A stretch of 64,000 bases of DNA from Gaiellaceae bacterium (GTDB lineage Bacteria; Actinomycetota; Thermoleophilia; Gaiellales; Gaiellaceae). Both the position numbers and the translations under genes were made by a program. The notes under the pieces were generated by a model. It searched no databases. It was not told the DNA's origin and was given only the letters and a program-made list of their open reading frames with translations. Every line of letters starts with the position of its first letter. Within the stretch, counting starts at the first letter, position 1. This document shows positions 27,187 to 36,494 of the stretch, in pieces. The DNA lies in the NCBI GenBank assembly GCA_035296905.1, contig DATHAA010000007.1, positions 32,415 to 96,414 on the forward strand. Direction: 5' to 3'.

Positions 27187-28551
27187 TCACGCTCCCACTT
27201 TCGTGTTGACGCGGTCCCACGCCTCGTCCAGCACTTGGCGCAGAACGCCCACCATCTCGTCGAACTCCTCCGGCCCGGCGACGAGCGGCGGCGCGAATTG
27301 CGCGCACGTCTCGCCGCGGTCGTCGAAGCGCATGTAGACCCCGAGCTCGCGCGTGCGCGGGAGCAAGAACGTCTTGATCAGGTCGTCGCGATCGGCGGGG
27401 GTGAACGTCTCCTTCGTCTCCTTGTCTTTCACGAGCTCGAGGGAGTAGAAGTAGCCGTCGCCGCGCACGTCGCCGACCATTGGGTGCTCCTCGAGCAGCA
27501 CTTCGCAGCGCTCGCGTAGCTCCGGCCCGAGAGCCTGCGAGCGCCCGATCAGGTCCTCCTGCTCGAAGACCTCGAGGTTCGCGAGCGCGATCGCGCAGGA
27601 GAGCGGATGGCCGCCGAAGGTGATCCCGTGCGTGAACGCCGTCTTCTTCTCCGCGAAGAAGGGCTCGATCGTGCGCTCGTTGGCGATGAGGGCACCGAGC
27701 GGCGCGTACGCCGAGGTGATCCCCTTGGCCACGGTCATCATGTCGGGTTCGATCCCGTAGCGGTTCGACCCGAACCAGTCGCCGACGCGGCCGAAGCCGC
27801 AGATGACCTCGTCGGCCACGAGCAGGAGCCCGTGCTCGTCGCAGATCTCGCGGACGCGCTCGAAGTAGCCCTCGGGCGGAGTGATCGAGCCGGCCGAGTT
27901 CTGGACGGGCTCGAGGATGACCGCCGCGACGGTCTCCGGCCCCTCGTTCTGCACGATGGCGTCGATCTCGTCGGCGCACTGGAGGTTGCAGCGCGACTCC
28001 TCCGAGCAGTAGGGGCAGCGGTAGCGGTACGGCATCGGCGCGCGCAGGCAGCCGGGCACGAGGGGCTCGAACTGGGAGCGGAGCGCCGGGCTCCCGTTGA
28101 TCGAGAGCGCGCCCATGGTCGTCCCGTGGTAGGCGCTGCGGCGCGTGACGAACTTGTAGCGGGTCGGCTCGCCGCGCAGCCGGTGGTACTGCCGCGCGAC
28201 CTTGAGCGCGGTCTCGATCGCCTCCGAGCCGCCGCCCACAAAGAAGATGCGGCCGACGTCGATCGGCACGAGCTCCGTGATCTTCTCGGCGAGCTCGAGT
28301 GCAGGCGGCGTCGCAAAGCCGACCCAGTTGGTGAAGAACGGGAGCTGGTCGAGCTGCTTCTGCGCGGCCTCGGTGATTCCGGGCCAGGGGCCGTAGCCGA
28401 TGTTGACGCAGTAGAGGGCCGAGAGCGCGTCGAGATAGCGGTTGCCCTCGTTGTCCCAGATGTAGCACCACTCGCCGCGCTCGATCACGAGCTGCGGCGC
28501 GCCTGCCGCGGTGAAATGCCCCCAAAGGCGGTCCGTCGGCGTTGTCGTCAA
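27187..28551 (-). CDS. Class III (omega) aminotransferase
   Basis: GGGSEAIETALK, DEVICGFGRVGDWFG, and the PLP lysine in TVAKGITSAY. Start set at TTG 28551, preceded by GGAAGGAG and overlapping the PucR stop (TTGA). The ORF maximum at 28731 looks non-coding. Confidence 0.88.
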   Translation of the reverse strand: MTTTPTDRLWGHFTAAGAPQLVIERGEWCYIWDNEGNRYLDALSALYCVNIGYGPWPGITEAAQKQLDQLPFFTNWVGFATPPALELAEKITELVPIDVGRIFFVGGGSEAIETALKVARQYHRLRGEPTRYKFVTRRSAYHGTTMGALSINGSPALRSQFEPLVPGCLRAPMPYRYRCPYCSEESRCNLQCADEIDAIVQNEGPETVAAVILEPVQNSAGSITPPEGYFERVREICDEHGLLLVADEVICGFGRVGDWFGSNRYGIEPDMMTVAKGITSAYAPLGALIANERTIEPFFAEKKTAFTHGITFGGHPLSCAIALANLEVFEQEDLIGRSQALGPELRERCEVLLEEHPMVGDVRGDGYFYSLELVKDKETKETFTPADRDDLIKTFLLPRTRELGVYMRFDDRGETCAQFAPPLVAGPEEFDEMVGVLRQVLDEAWDRVNTKVGA

Positions 28552-30068
28552 TTCGTGCTCCTTCCGTTGCGGGCGGCGAGGGCCTGCTTGGCCTTCACGG
28601 CCAGCCAGAGCTCCATGCGCTGCTGAGGGTCGTCGGGATGGCGCCCCGTCTGCTCGCGCAGGCGGTCCATCCGGTAGCGAAGGGTGTGGCGGTGGACGCC
28701 GAGCTCGTCGGCAGCGTCGCTCCAGCGGCAACCGGCGTCGAGCAGAGCGGTGAGGGACTCGATCAGCCAGGTGTTCGACGAGGCCGGGCCGAGCACGCGG
28801 TCGACGAATGCCTCGAGCGCGGCGTCGGGAAGGCTGAGCAGAAGCTCGAGGGAGCCCAGGTCCTGGTAGGAGGCGACCTCGCCGGTCCCGGCGTCGAGCG
28901 CGGCGCGCGCTTCGAGAAGGCTGCGGCCGAGGCCCCGGCCCTGGGAAGGGCGGCCGATGCCGACTCTCGCCATCGGCTCCGCCTCGACGACGCGGCGGGC
29001 GAGGCTCATGACGTCCTGCTCGCTGTCGGCGCCGACGAGGAAGGCCGCGCGGTCGCGACGCGCGGTGGACAGATACGGCACGCTGCCGCGCTCGAGCTCC
29101 TCGGCGACTTCGTCGCGCAGGCGCTCGCTGGAGAGGCCATTGCGCGGAACAGCGAGGAGCGCCGCGTACTCGCGGTCGGACTCGAGCCCGAAGGCGGCCA
29201 TTCGCCGCGCCGCCTCCCGGTCGTCGAGGCGGTCGTCCTCGAGGTCCTCGAGGAGGTCACCGGCCAGACGCAGCTCGGCTGCGCTCACCGCGCGTGTGCG
29301 CGAGAGCTCGAAGGCGAGCGCCGACTGCCCGTGGTGGAGGACGAGGCGGTCGTACTCGCCGAAGTCGCCGCCTTCCCGGGCCGCCTTGAGAGTGACCATC
29401 TCGCCCGGAGAGACGACCGGCAGCTCGAGAGCGTTCTCGAAGCCGAGCCGGTTCCGCGCGTGCCGCTCGGCGACGACGCGGCCGTTCTCGTCGACGAGCG
29501 CGAGGCTGCAGCCGAGGTGGTTGCAGACGACGGCGAGAAGGGCCTGCAGGCCGCGACCTTCGAGGACCGCGGCGGCCAGCCTTTCGTGTACCTCGAGCGC
29601 CCGGGTCATCTGCTCGAGCTGCTCGCTCGCGAGGTGCGTCACGGCCGCCTTCGTGATCGCAACGAACGGGATCTCGTACGGCACCGCGAGAACCGGGAAG
29701 GCGAGCTTGTTCGCCTCCTCGACGATCGGCGCCGGTACGTCCGGGAAGCCGAAGCCCACGCCGAACCCAAGCCCCGCGAGCCCGTGCTTGGCGAGCCGCT
29801 TCACGTAGGCGCGCTGCGTCGTCGCCATCTCGCCCACCCCGAGCCCGGTGGTGAGGAGGAACTCCCCGCCCTCGAGGAACTGCGTCGGGTCGGCCAGCTC
29901 GGAGACGTGCAGCCAGCTGACCTCGTTACGAAGGCCTTCCGCGCCGGCGGCGACGGCCAGGCCGAGGTCGGGGAGCTCCGCGATCTCCTGGACGGTCAGC
30001 ACGCGATCTTTGCGATCTTTCGACGCACGGGCCAAGACGGTACGCTGTTCGGCGCCTTCGAGCAACAA
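28548..30068 (-). CDS. PucR/CdaR-family transcriptional regulator
   Basis: N-terminal PucR domain (LTVQEIAELPDLGLAVAAGAEGL) and C-terminal HTH (DELGVHRHTLRYRMDRL). The real start may be GTG at 30002. Confidence 0.85.
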   Translation of the reverse strand: MLLEGAEQRTVLARASKDRKDRVLTVQEIAELPDLGLAVAAGAEGLRNEVSWLHVSELADPTQFLEGGEFLLTTGLGVGEMATTQRAYVKRLAKHGLAGLGFGVGFGFPDVPAPIVEEANKLAFPVLAVPYEIPFVAITKAAVTHLASEQLEQMTRALEVHERLAAAVLEGRGLQALLAVVCNHLGCSLALVDENGRVVAERHARNRLGFENALELPVVSPGEMVTLKAAREGGDFGEYDRLVLHHGQSALAFELSRTRAVSAAELRLAGDLLEDLEDDRLDDREAARRMAAFGLESDREYAALLAVPRNGLSSERLRDEVAEELERGSVPYLSTARRDRAAFLVGADSEQDVMSLARRVVEAEPMARVGIGRPSQGRGLGRSLLEARAALDAGTGEVASYQDLGSLELLLSLPDAALEAFVDRVLGPASSNTWLIESLTALLDAGCRWSDAADELGVHRHTLRYRMDRLREQTGRHPDDPQQRMELWLAVKAKQALAARNGRSTN

Positions 30069-30321
30069 GGAGCGCGCGTCTCTTGGACGCGCGGGCCAGA
30101 GCGCGTCTTCTTGAACCGTGCCTGGGCACTCTGGGACGGCGCTCGCAAGGGAGGCAAGCGAGCAGGTCCGAGACAGTACGAGTGGTACGGCGAGGGACTG
30201 CGAGCAGGATCCCGCCGCGAGTCGATTTAGACGCGAAGCGTTGAAGCCGGGCTTTGCTCGGCGAAAGCCACCGCCGCCCAGAGCGCCCAGGGCCGGCCGC
30301 GTCGGCCGGCCCGGGAGAGTC

Positions 30322-30576
30322 CTAGTGGCCTTCCAAGACCTTGCCGGCCTTTGCGATCCCGCGGGAGATCATGTACGCGGCCGCAAGGAAGACCGTCGCA
30401 GTCGTGAACTCGGGCCAGTCGACCCGGTCGGACGCCACGGTGATGATGAAGACCACCGCCCAGACGAGCAGGAAGACGACGAGCTCGCCGTTGGGAGCGG
30501 CCACTGTCGGCATCCCGTAGTACGGCTGCCCGTAGCCCTGGGTCGGAGGCGGAGGTGGTGGAGTGCTTTGCGTCAT
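30322..30576 (-). CDS. Small membrane protein with Pro/Tyr/Gly-rich N-terminus
   Basis: MTQSTPPPPPPTQGYGQPYYG is followed by two hydrophobic helices; 84 aa. Confidence 0.55.
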   Translation of the reverse strand: MTQSTPPPPPPTQGYGQPYYGMPTVAAPNGELVVFLLVWAVVFIITVASDRVDWPEFTTATVFLAAAYMISRGIAKAGKVLEGH

Positions 30577-30623
30577 GGTCGCCCGTTCCCCACGAGGCGG
30601 CTGATTCCTCCGCGCCGAGTACG

Positions 30624-31247
30624 ATGGAGCCGCCGGTGCACCTGTTCCACTACCACCTCGTGACGAGCAAGGTCCGGCTGCTCGAGGCCCGGTATCTCGG
30701 CAAGCTCGGCTTCGAGCTCATCGGCCGCTACGGCTGGCGGGGCGAGAGCTCGTACTGGTTCGAGCCCGGGACGTCCTGGGAGGAGCTCGACAGGATCGGC
30801 TTCCGCTTGCGGCTCGTGGAGGTCGGGCGCGGGGCCGTCAACGTCGTTCTCCAACCCGGTCACTGGGACGTCCCGCGCGTGGACCACCTGGGCATCGCCC
30901 TCGGCGAGGAGGACTACGAGACCGTCCTCGATCGAGCCCGCGATCTCGGCCTGAAAATTCAGGATCACCCCGGGAAGCGCACCTTCGTCACCACCGAGGC
31001 CGGCTACAGGCTCGAGGTGCACCCACCGCGCGACTGGGTGGACGATGCGCTCGCGCAGGCGGACGAGTTCCAGATCGGCGAGCTCCACCTGCGCGCCCAC
31101 GATCCCGAGGAGAAAGCGGTCGCCCTCTCCGAGATCCTCCTCCTCGAGCGCGAGGGTACGAGCGTGCACCTCGGCGAGAGCATCGTGCGCTTCCTCCCGG
31201 CCGGGCCCGAGGGCCGCCCCGAGCTCGTGGCCGAGGTGCTGGCATGA
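30624..31247 (+). CDS. VOC/glyoxalase-fold family protein
   Basis: Two beta-alpha-beta-beta-beta-like modules (HYHLVTSKVRLLEARYLGKLGFEL; VDHLGIALGEEDYETVLDRARDLGL). Start at the internal ATG 30624. The 3' end overlaps the purM start. Confidence 0.6.
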   Translation: MEPPVHLFHYHLVTSKVRLLEARYLGKLGFELIGRYGWRGESSYWFEPGTSWEELDRIGFRLRLVEVGRGAVNVVLQPGHWDVPRVDHLGIALGEEDYETVLDRARDLGLKIQDHPGKRTFVTTEAGYRLEVHPPRDWVDDALAQADEFQIGELHLRAHDPEEKAVALSEILLLEREGTSVHLGESIVRFLPAGPEGRPELVAEVLA

Positions 31248-32140
31248 GCTCCTACGAGGCGGCGGGTGTGTCGCTGGGGAAAGCAGAGGAGGTCGTCGAG
31301 CGGCTGCGCGTCGCCGTCTCCTCCACCGGCGGATCCCTGGGCGGCTTCGCGGGCCTCCACCCGCTGGACGACGAGCGCCTCCTGGCCGCAACGATGGACG
31401 GGGTCGGGACGAAGCTCATCCTCTCCCGCCGCGCCGGCCGGCTCTTCGACGCAGGCGTCGACCTCGCCGCCCACTGCGTGAACGACGTCATCACGACCGG
31501 CGCCCACCCGCTCTTCTTCCTGGACTACGTCGCCTCCGGCTCCCTCGACCTCGAGGAGGTCGCCGAGCTCGTGGAGGGCGCCGCATCCGTCTGCCGTGAG
31601 GCAGGGTGTGCGATCCTCGGCGGCGAGAGCGCGGAGCTTCCCGGGATTTACCGCGATGACGAGCTCGACTTCGCCGGCGCCTGCATCGGGCTCGTCAAGC
31701 GCGCCGACCTCGTCGACGGCTCGCACTGCGAGGCCGGGGACGTCGTCCTCGGCCTTCCATCCTCGGGCCTGCACGCCAACGGCTTCACCCTCGTCCGCAC
31801 CCTAATCGGGGACGGGGACTTCGACGCCGACCTCTTGCTCCCGCCAACGCGGCTCTACCTTGAGGACGTGCGGCGCCTGCGCGCCCAGGCCGACGTCCGC
31901 GCCCTCGCCCACATCACCGGGGGCGGGATCATGGGCAATCTCCCGCGCGTCCTTCCGGCGGGCATGCGCGCCGAGATCGACTGGAGCTCCTGGGAGCGCC
32001 CGCCCGTTTACGCCTGGCTCGACGAGCAAGGCGTGTCAGAGGACGAGCAGCGCCGCGTCTTCAACCTCGGCATCGGGATGTGCGCCGTCGTCCCCGAGGC
32101 CGACGCGGGCACAGGGCTCGTCATCGGCCGGCTCGCGTGA
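31244..32140 (+). CDS. purM: Phosphoribosylformylglycinamidine cyclo-ligase (AIR synthetase)
   Basis: YEAAGVS..., DGVGTKL, DLAAHCVNDVITTGAHPLFFLDY, SSGLHANGF. At 298 aa it is shorter than typical PurM. Confidence 0.88.
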   Translation: MSSYEAAGVSLGKAEEVVERLRVAVSSTGGSLGGFAGLHPLDDERLLAATMDGVGTKLILSRRAGRLFDAGVDLAAHCVNDVITTGAHPLFFLDYVASGSLDLEEVAELVEGAASVCREAGCAILGGESAELPGIYRDDELDFAGACIGLVKRADLVDGSHCEAGDVVLGLPSSGLHANGFTLVRTLIGDGDFDADLLLPPTRLYLEDVRRLRAQADVRALAHITGGGIMGNLPRVLPAGMRAEIDWSSWERPPVYAWLDEQGVSEDEQRRVFNLGIGMCAVVPEADAGTGLVIGRLA

Positions 32141-32685
32141 TCGGCGTCCTCGTCTCGGGTGCGGGCACGAACCTGCAGGCGCTGCTCGACGCCCGGCTGC
32201 CGGTCTCCGCGGTCGCCTCGAACACGGCGGGAGTGCAGGCACTCGAGCGCGCCAAGTGCGCTTCCGTCCCGGCGGCCGCGTTCCCGCTCCAGGATTACGC
32301 CGATCGCGAGACTCGCGACGAGGCGATGGCCAACTGGCTCGCCGAGCACGGCGTCGAGCTCGCCGTCTGCGCCGGCTACATGCAACTCCTCACGCCCGGT
32401 TTCCTTGCACGCTTCCGGTGCATCAACGTCCACCCGTCGCTCTTACCGGCCTTTCCCGGCCTCGACGCGGTCGGTCAGGCGCTCGCGGCCGGAGCGCAGG
32501 AGACCGGCGTCACGGTCCACTTCCTGGACGAAGGCGTGGACACCGGTCCGGTCATCGCGCAGGAGCGAGTCGCAATCGAGCCGGGCGACACCGCCCAGAC
32601 CCTTTACGCGCGCATCCGGGCGGTCGAGCACCGGCTGCTGCCCGACGCCGTCAGCCTCTATCTGGCTGGCGCAATAAGGTCCTAG
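32137..32685 (+). CDS. purN: Phosphoribosylglycinamide formyltransferase
   Basis: IGVLVSGAGTNLQALLDA, INVHPSLLPAFPG, VHFLDEGVDTGPVI. GTG start overlaps the purM stop (GTGA). Confidence 0.9.
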   Translation: MIGVLVSGAGTNLQALLDARLPVSAVASNTAGVQALERAKCASVPAAAFPLQDYADRETRDEAMANWLAEHGVELAVCAGYMQLLTPGFLARFRCINVHPSLLPAFPGLDAVGQALAAGAQETGVTVHFLDEGVDTGPVIAQERVAIEPGDTAQTLYARIRAVEHRLLPDAVSLYLAGAIRS

Positions 32686-32689
32686 GCCA

Positions 32690-34234
32690 ATGGCCGTCCG
32701 GCGAGCGCTCATCTCCGTCTTCGACAAGACGGGCCTCGACCGGTTCGCCACCGGCCTCGCAGAGCTGGGCGTCGAGCTCGTCGCGAGCGGGGGAACCGCC
32801 GCGTACATCTCCGAGCTCGGCCTCTCGGTCAAGCCCGTAGACGCGCTCACGGACGTGCCCGAGATGCTCGGCGGGCGCGTCAAGACGCTCCATCCGAGGA
32901 TCCACGGCGCGATCCTCGCGCGGCGGGACGTGAAGGCCGACATGGAGGCGCTCGAGGAGTACGGCGTCGAGCCGTTCGACCTCGTGTGCGTCAACCTCTA
33001 CCCCTTCGCGCAGGTCGCCAGCCGGAAGGACGTGCGCGAGGAGGAGGCCGTCGAGATGATCGACATCGGCGGGCCGGCCATGCTCCGCGCCGCGGCGAAG
33101 AACTTCGAGCACGTCGCGCCGGTCTGCTCGATCGAACGTTACGAGGCGCTTCTACTCGAGATCCAGGCGACCGGCGAGATCGACGCGGAAACGCGACGCG
33201 AGCTCGCCGCCGAGGCTTTCGCACACACGGCCGCTTATGAAGCATCGATCGCCACCTGGTTCGGCGACCGGGAGACGTTCCCGCCCAAGCTGATCGTCGC
33301 GCTCGAGCGCCAGCGTGAGCTTTCCTACGGCGAGAACCCGCACCAGAGAGCTGCGTACTACGTCGAGAGCGGCGCCCGGCGCGACCTCCTCTCGCGCGTC
33401 GAGCAGGTCTCCGGCAAGGAGCTCTCCTTCAACAACCTGGGCGACCTGGACGCGGCCCGCGGGGTCCTGGGCGAGTTCGAGCTCCCGACCTGCGTGGTCG
33501 TGAAGCACGGGAACCCGTGCGGGGTCGGCGTCGCCTCGGCGCTGGACGACGCTGCCGCGAAGGCCTACGCCGCCGACCCGGTGTCGGCGTACGGGGGCGT
33601 CGTGGCGGTGAACCGCCGCGTCGACCCGCCGCTCGCCAAGCGCCTCGCAGAAGAGTTCGTGGAAGTGCTGATCGCTCCCGAGTACACCGCCGACGCCGTC
33701 GAGATCCTCAAGCAGAAGCCTGCGACCAGGATCCTCGAGGACCGCGAGCGCCGGCGCGCGACACTCGGCGAGCGCGACTTCCGGCGCGTGATCGGCGGCT
33801 TCCTCGTCCAGGACGCCGACGCCGAGGTGGACGACCGCGCGGGGATGGAGGTTCGCGCGGGCGAGCAGCCCGACGAGCAGCTCTGGGGCGACCTTCTCTT
33901 CGCCTGGCGCATCTGCAAGCACGTGAACTCGAATGCGATCGTCGTCGCCAAGGACCTGCAGACGCTCGGCGTCGGAGCGGGCCAGATGAGCCGCGTCGAG
34001 TCCGTTAGGATCGCGCTCGGAAAGGCCCGCGAGCTCGACCATTCCATGGAGGGAGCAGTGCTCGCCTCCGACGCCTTCTTCCCCTTTCCGGACGGGCCGC
34101 AGCTCGCTCTCGAAGCAGGCATCAAGGCGATCGTCCAGCCCGGCGGCTCGAAGAGGGACGACGAGGTCGTGGCCGCGGTCGCCAAGGCCGGCGGCACGAT
34201 CGTCTTCGCGCCCAGGCGCCACTTCAGGCACTAG
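32690..34234 (+). CDS. purH: Bifunctional AICAR transformylase / IMP cyclohydrolase
   Basis: RALISVFDKTGL, GGRVKTLHPRIHG, VVKHGNPCGV, IVQPGGSKRD; 514 aa. Confidence 0.93.
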   Translation: MAVRRALISVFDKTGLDRFATGLAELGVELVASGGTAAYISELGLSVKPVDALTDVPEMLGGRVKTLHPRIHGAILARRDVKADMEALEEYGVEPFDLVCVNLYPFAQVASRKDVREEEAVEMIDIGGPAMLRAAAKNFEHVAPVCSIERYEALLLEIQATGEIDAETRRELAAEAFAHTAAYEASIATWFGDRETFPPKLIVALERQRELSYGENPHQRAAYYVESGARRDLLSRVEQVSGKELSFNNLGDLDAARGVLGEFELPTCVVVKHGNPCGVGVASALDDAAAKAYAADPVSAYGGVVAVNRRVDPPLAKRLAEEFVEVLIAPEYTADAVEILKQKPATRILEDRERRRATLGERDFRRVIGGFLVQDADAEVDDRAGMEVRAGEQPDEQLWGDLLFAWRICKHVNSNAIVVAKDLQTLGVGAGQMSRVESVRIALGKARELDHSMEGAVLASDAFFPFPDGPQLALEAGIKAIVQPGGSKRDDEVVAAVAKAGGTIVFAPRRHFRH

Positions 34235-34257
34235 GCGCAGGCCGTATCGTTACGGCG

Positions 34258-35658
34258 ATGGCCGGCGACCACCCCACCGTTCTCGACCTCGTCGGGAACA
34301 CGCCGCTCGTCCGCCTGCAACGGCTCTCGCGCGAGGTCGAGCCCACGCTACTCGCCAAGCTCGAGCTCCTGAACCCGGGCGGGAGCGTGAAGGACCGGAT
34401 CGGCCTCAGGATGATCGAGCAGGCCGAACGGGACGGGAAGCTCGCACCGGGCGGAACGATCGTCGAGCCCACGAGCGGGAACACCGGAGTCGGCCTCGCC
34501 ATCGCGGCCGTGCTCAAGGGCTATCGCTGCGTCTTCGTCATGCCCGACAAGATCGCCGAGGAGAAGCGTGCGCTTCTGCGCGCCTACGGCGCCGAGGTCG
34601 TCATCTGCCCGACCGCGGTCCCGCCCGAGTCGCCCGAGAGTTACTACTCGGTCTCGAACCGCCTCGCCGAGGAGATCCCCGGCGCGTTCAAGCCAGACCA
34701 GTATTCGAACCAGGCAAACCCGCAGGCCCACTACGAGACGACCGGGCCCGAGCTCTGGGAGCAGACCGGAGGCCAGATCGACGCGCTCGTCCTGTCGGTC
34801 GGCACGGGCGGGACGGTCACCGGGACCGCGCGCTACCTCAAGGAGCAGAAGCCCGATCTGCTCGTCGTCGGCGCCGACCCCGAGGGCTCGATCTTCTCGC
34901 AGCCCGACAACGTCCACCCCTATCTCGTCGAGGGCATCGGCGAGGACTTCTGGCCTACGACCTTCGACCCCTCGCTCGTGGACGAGTTCATCACCGTCTC
35001 CGACCGCGACTCCTTCCGCACCGCGCGCCGCCTCGCGCGTGAGGAGGGCATCCTCGTCGGTGGATCCGGCGGCACGGCCGTCTGGGCGATGCTCCAGGTC
35101 GCCGAGCGATTTGGCCCCGACGCGACCCTCGTCACCATCGTGCCCGACTCAGGCCGCGGCTACCTCTCCAAGGTCTACGACGACAACTGGCTCCTCGAGC
35201 ACGGCTTTCTCGAGCGCGCAGCGCCGGCCGCGACGATCCAGGCCGTCCTCTCCTCGAAGCAGGACGAGGAGCCCGAGATGCCCGAGCTCGTCACCGTCGC
35301 CACGCACCAGAAGGTCGGCGAGGCCATCGACCTCATGCAGCGCTACGGGATCTCGCAGATCCCCGTCGTGCGAAACGGCGACGAGGCCGTGTCGCTCGCG
35401 GACGTGGTGGGCTCGATCCGCGAGAGCGGGCTCCTCGACCGGGTCTTCCGCGACCAAAACGCGCTCTCCGAGGACATCGCGGCCGCGATGGAGCCGCCGC
35501 TTCCCGCGGTCGAGATCGGCGCCTCCGTCGACACCGTCTTCGCCGACCTTTCCGCCGGGAACCCTGCGGTGGTCGTCGCGAGCCGCGGCCGGCCGGTGGG
35601 AGTCCTCACGCGCGCCGATCTCCTCGAGTACCTTGCCCGCCAGCAGAGCTCGGCCTGA
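34258..35658 (+). CDS. Cystathionine beta-synthase (PLP fold type II domain plus CBS pair)
   Basis: NPGGSVKDRIG (PLP Lys), EPTSGNTGVGLA, and two C-terminal CBS motifs; 466 aa. Confidence 0.88.
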   Translation: MAGDHPTVLDLVGNTPLVRLQRLSREVEPTLLAKLELLNPGGSVKDRIGLRMIEQAERDGKLAPGGTIVEPTSGNTGVGLAIAAVLKGYRCVFVMPDKIAEEKRALLRAYGAEVVICPTAVPPESPESYYSVSNRLAEEIPGAFKPDQYSNQANPQAHYETTGPELWEQTGGQIDALVLSVGTGGTVTGTARYLKEQKPDLLVVGADPEGSIFSQPDNVHPYLVEGIGEDFWPTTFDPSLVDEFITVSDRDSFRTARRLAREEGILVGGSGGTAVWAMLQVAERFGPDATLVTIVPDSGRGYLSKVYDDNWLLEHGFLERAAPAATIQAVLSSKQDEEPEMPELVTVATHQKVGEAIDLMQRYGISQIPVVRNGDEAVSLADVVGSIRESGLLDRVFRDQNALSEDIAAAMEPPLPAVEIGASVDTVFADLSAGNPAVVVASRGRPVGVLTRADLLEYLARQQSSA

Positions 35659-36077
35659 TGGAGCAGCGCCTCAGCCTCGTCACCCTCGGCGTTTCGGACC
35701 TCGCCCGCTCCCGCGCGTTCTACGAGGCGCTCGGCTGGAAGTCGGGCGCCGCCCCCGCGGACGACGTCGTCTTCTTCCAGGCGGGCGGCATGATCGTCGC
35801 GCTCTGGAGCCGCGAAGAGCTCGCGGCGGACAGCGGCGTCGAGGACCCCGGCGGCTGGGGCGGCATCACGCTCGCCTACAACTGCCGCTCGCCTGAGGAG
35901 GTCGACGCCGTCATCGAGGAGGCCCGCGCGGCCGGCGCGCACATCCCACGCGCAGGGGCGAAGACCTTCTGGGGCGGCTACTCGGGAGTCTTCATCGATC
36001 CCGACGGCCATCCATGGGAGGTTGCGCACAACCCGCACTGGACGATCGGGGCCGACGGCTCCGTCACGCTCGGCTGA
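35658..36077 (+). CDS. VOC/glyoxalase-family protein
   Basis: LSLVTLGVSDLARSRAFYEALGW ... GVFIDPDGHPWEVAHNP; 139 aa. Confidence 0.8.
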   Translation: MEQRLSLVTLGVSDLARSRAFYEALGWKSGAAPADDVVFFQAGGMIVALWSREELAADSGVEDPGGWGGITLAYNCRSPEEVDAVIEEARAAGAHIPRAGAKTFWGGYSGVFIDPDGHPWEVAHNPHWTIGADGSVTLG

Positions 36078-36078
36078 G

Positions 36079-36471
36079 CTAGTCCAGAACGGTGAAGAGG
36101 GTGAGCTGCATGCCGTCGGGCGCGCGCAGCCGCACATTTCGGTGCTGCCACGGCGTCACGACCGGGCCGCCCACGCGCTCGGCACCCGCGGTCTCGAGCC
36201 GCTCGGCCGCCTCGACCGAGTCCTCCACCTCCAGCGCCAGGCGTACGGGGCCGGAGCTCGGACGGCCGACCTCGATCTCGTCCACGAAATCGGTCTGGCT
36301 TCGCGACAGGACTTCGAGCGTGGCGCGGCCGGCGTCGAGGATCGCGCCGCTCCCGCCCTCGTTCTCCCACGACTCGACCACCGGCAGCCCGAGTGCGTCG
36401 CGATAGAAGCGCAGCGCCTCCTCGTAGTTTTCCGCCGTGACGGCGACGCGCAATTCGCGGACTGGGCCCAT
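36079..36471 (-). CDS. VOC/glyoxalase-family protein
   Basis: LRVAVTAENYEEALRFYRDALGL ... LRAPDGMQLTLF; 130 aa. Convergent with the preceding VOC gene with a 1-nt gap. Confidence 0.8.
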   Translation of the reverse strand: MGPVRELRVAVTAENYEEALRFYRDALGLPVVESWENEGGSGAILDAGRATLEVLSRSQTDFVDEIEVGRPSSGPVRLALEVEDSVEAAERLETAGAERVGGPVVTPWQHRNVRLRAPDGMQLTLFTVLD

Positions 36472-36494
36472 GCCGCAAGGATACGATCAGGCCC

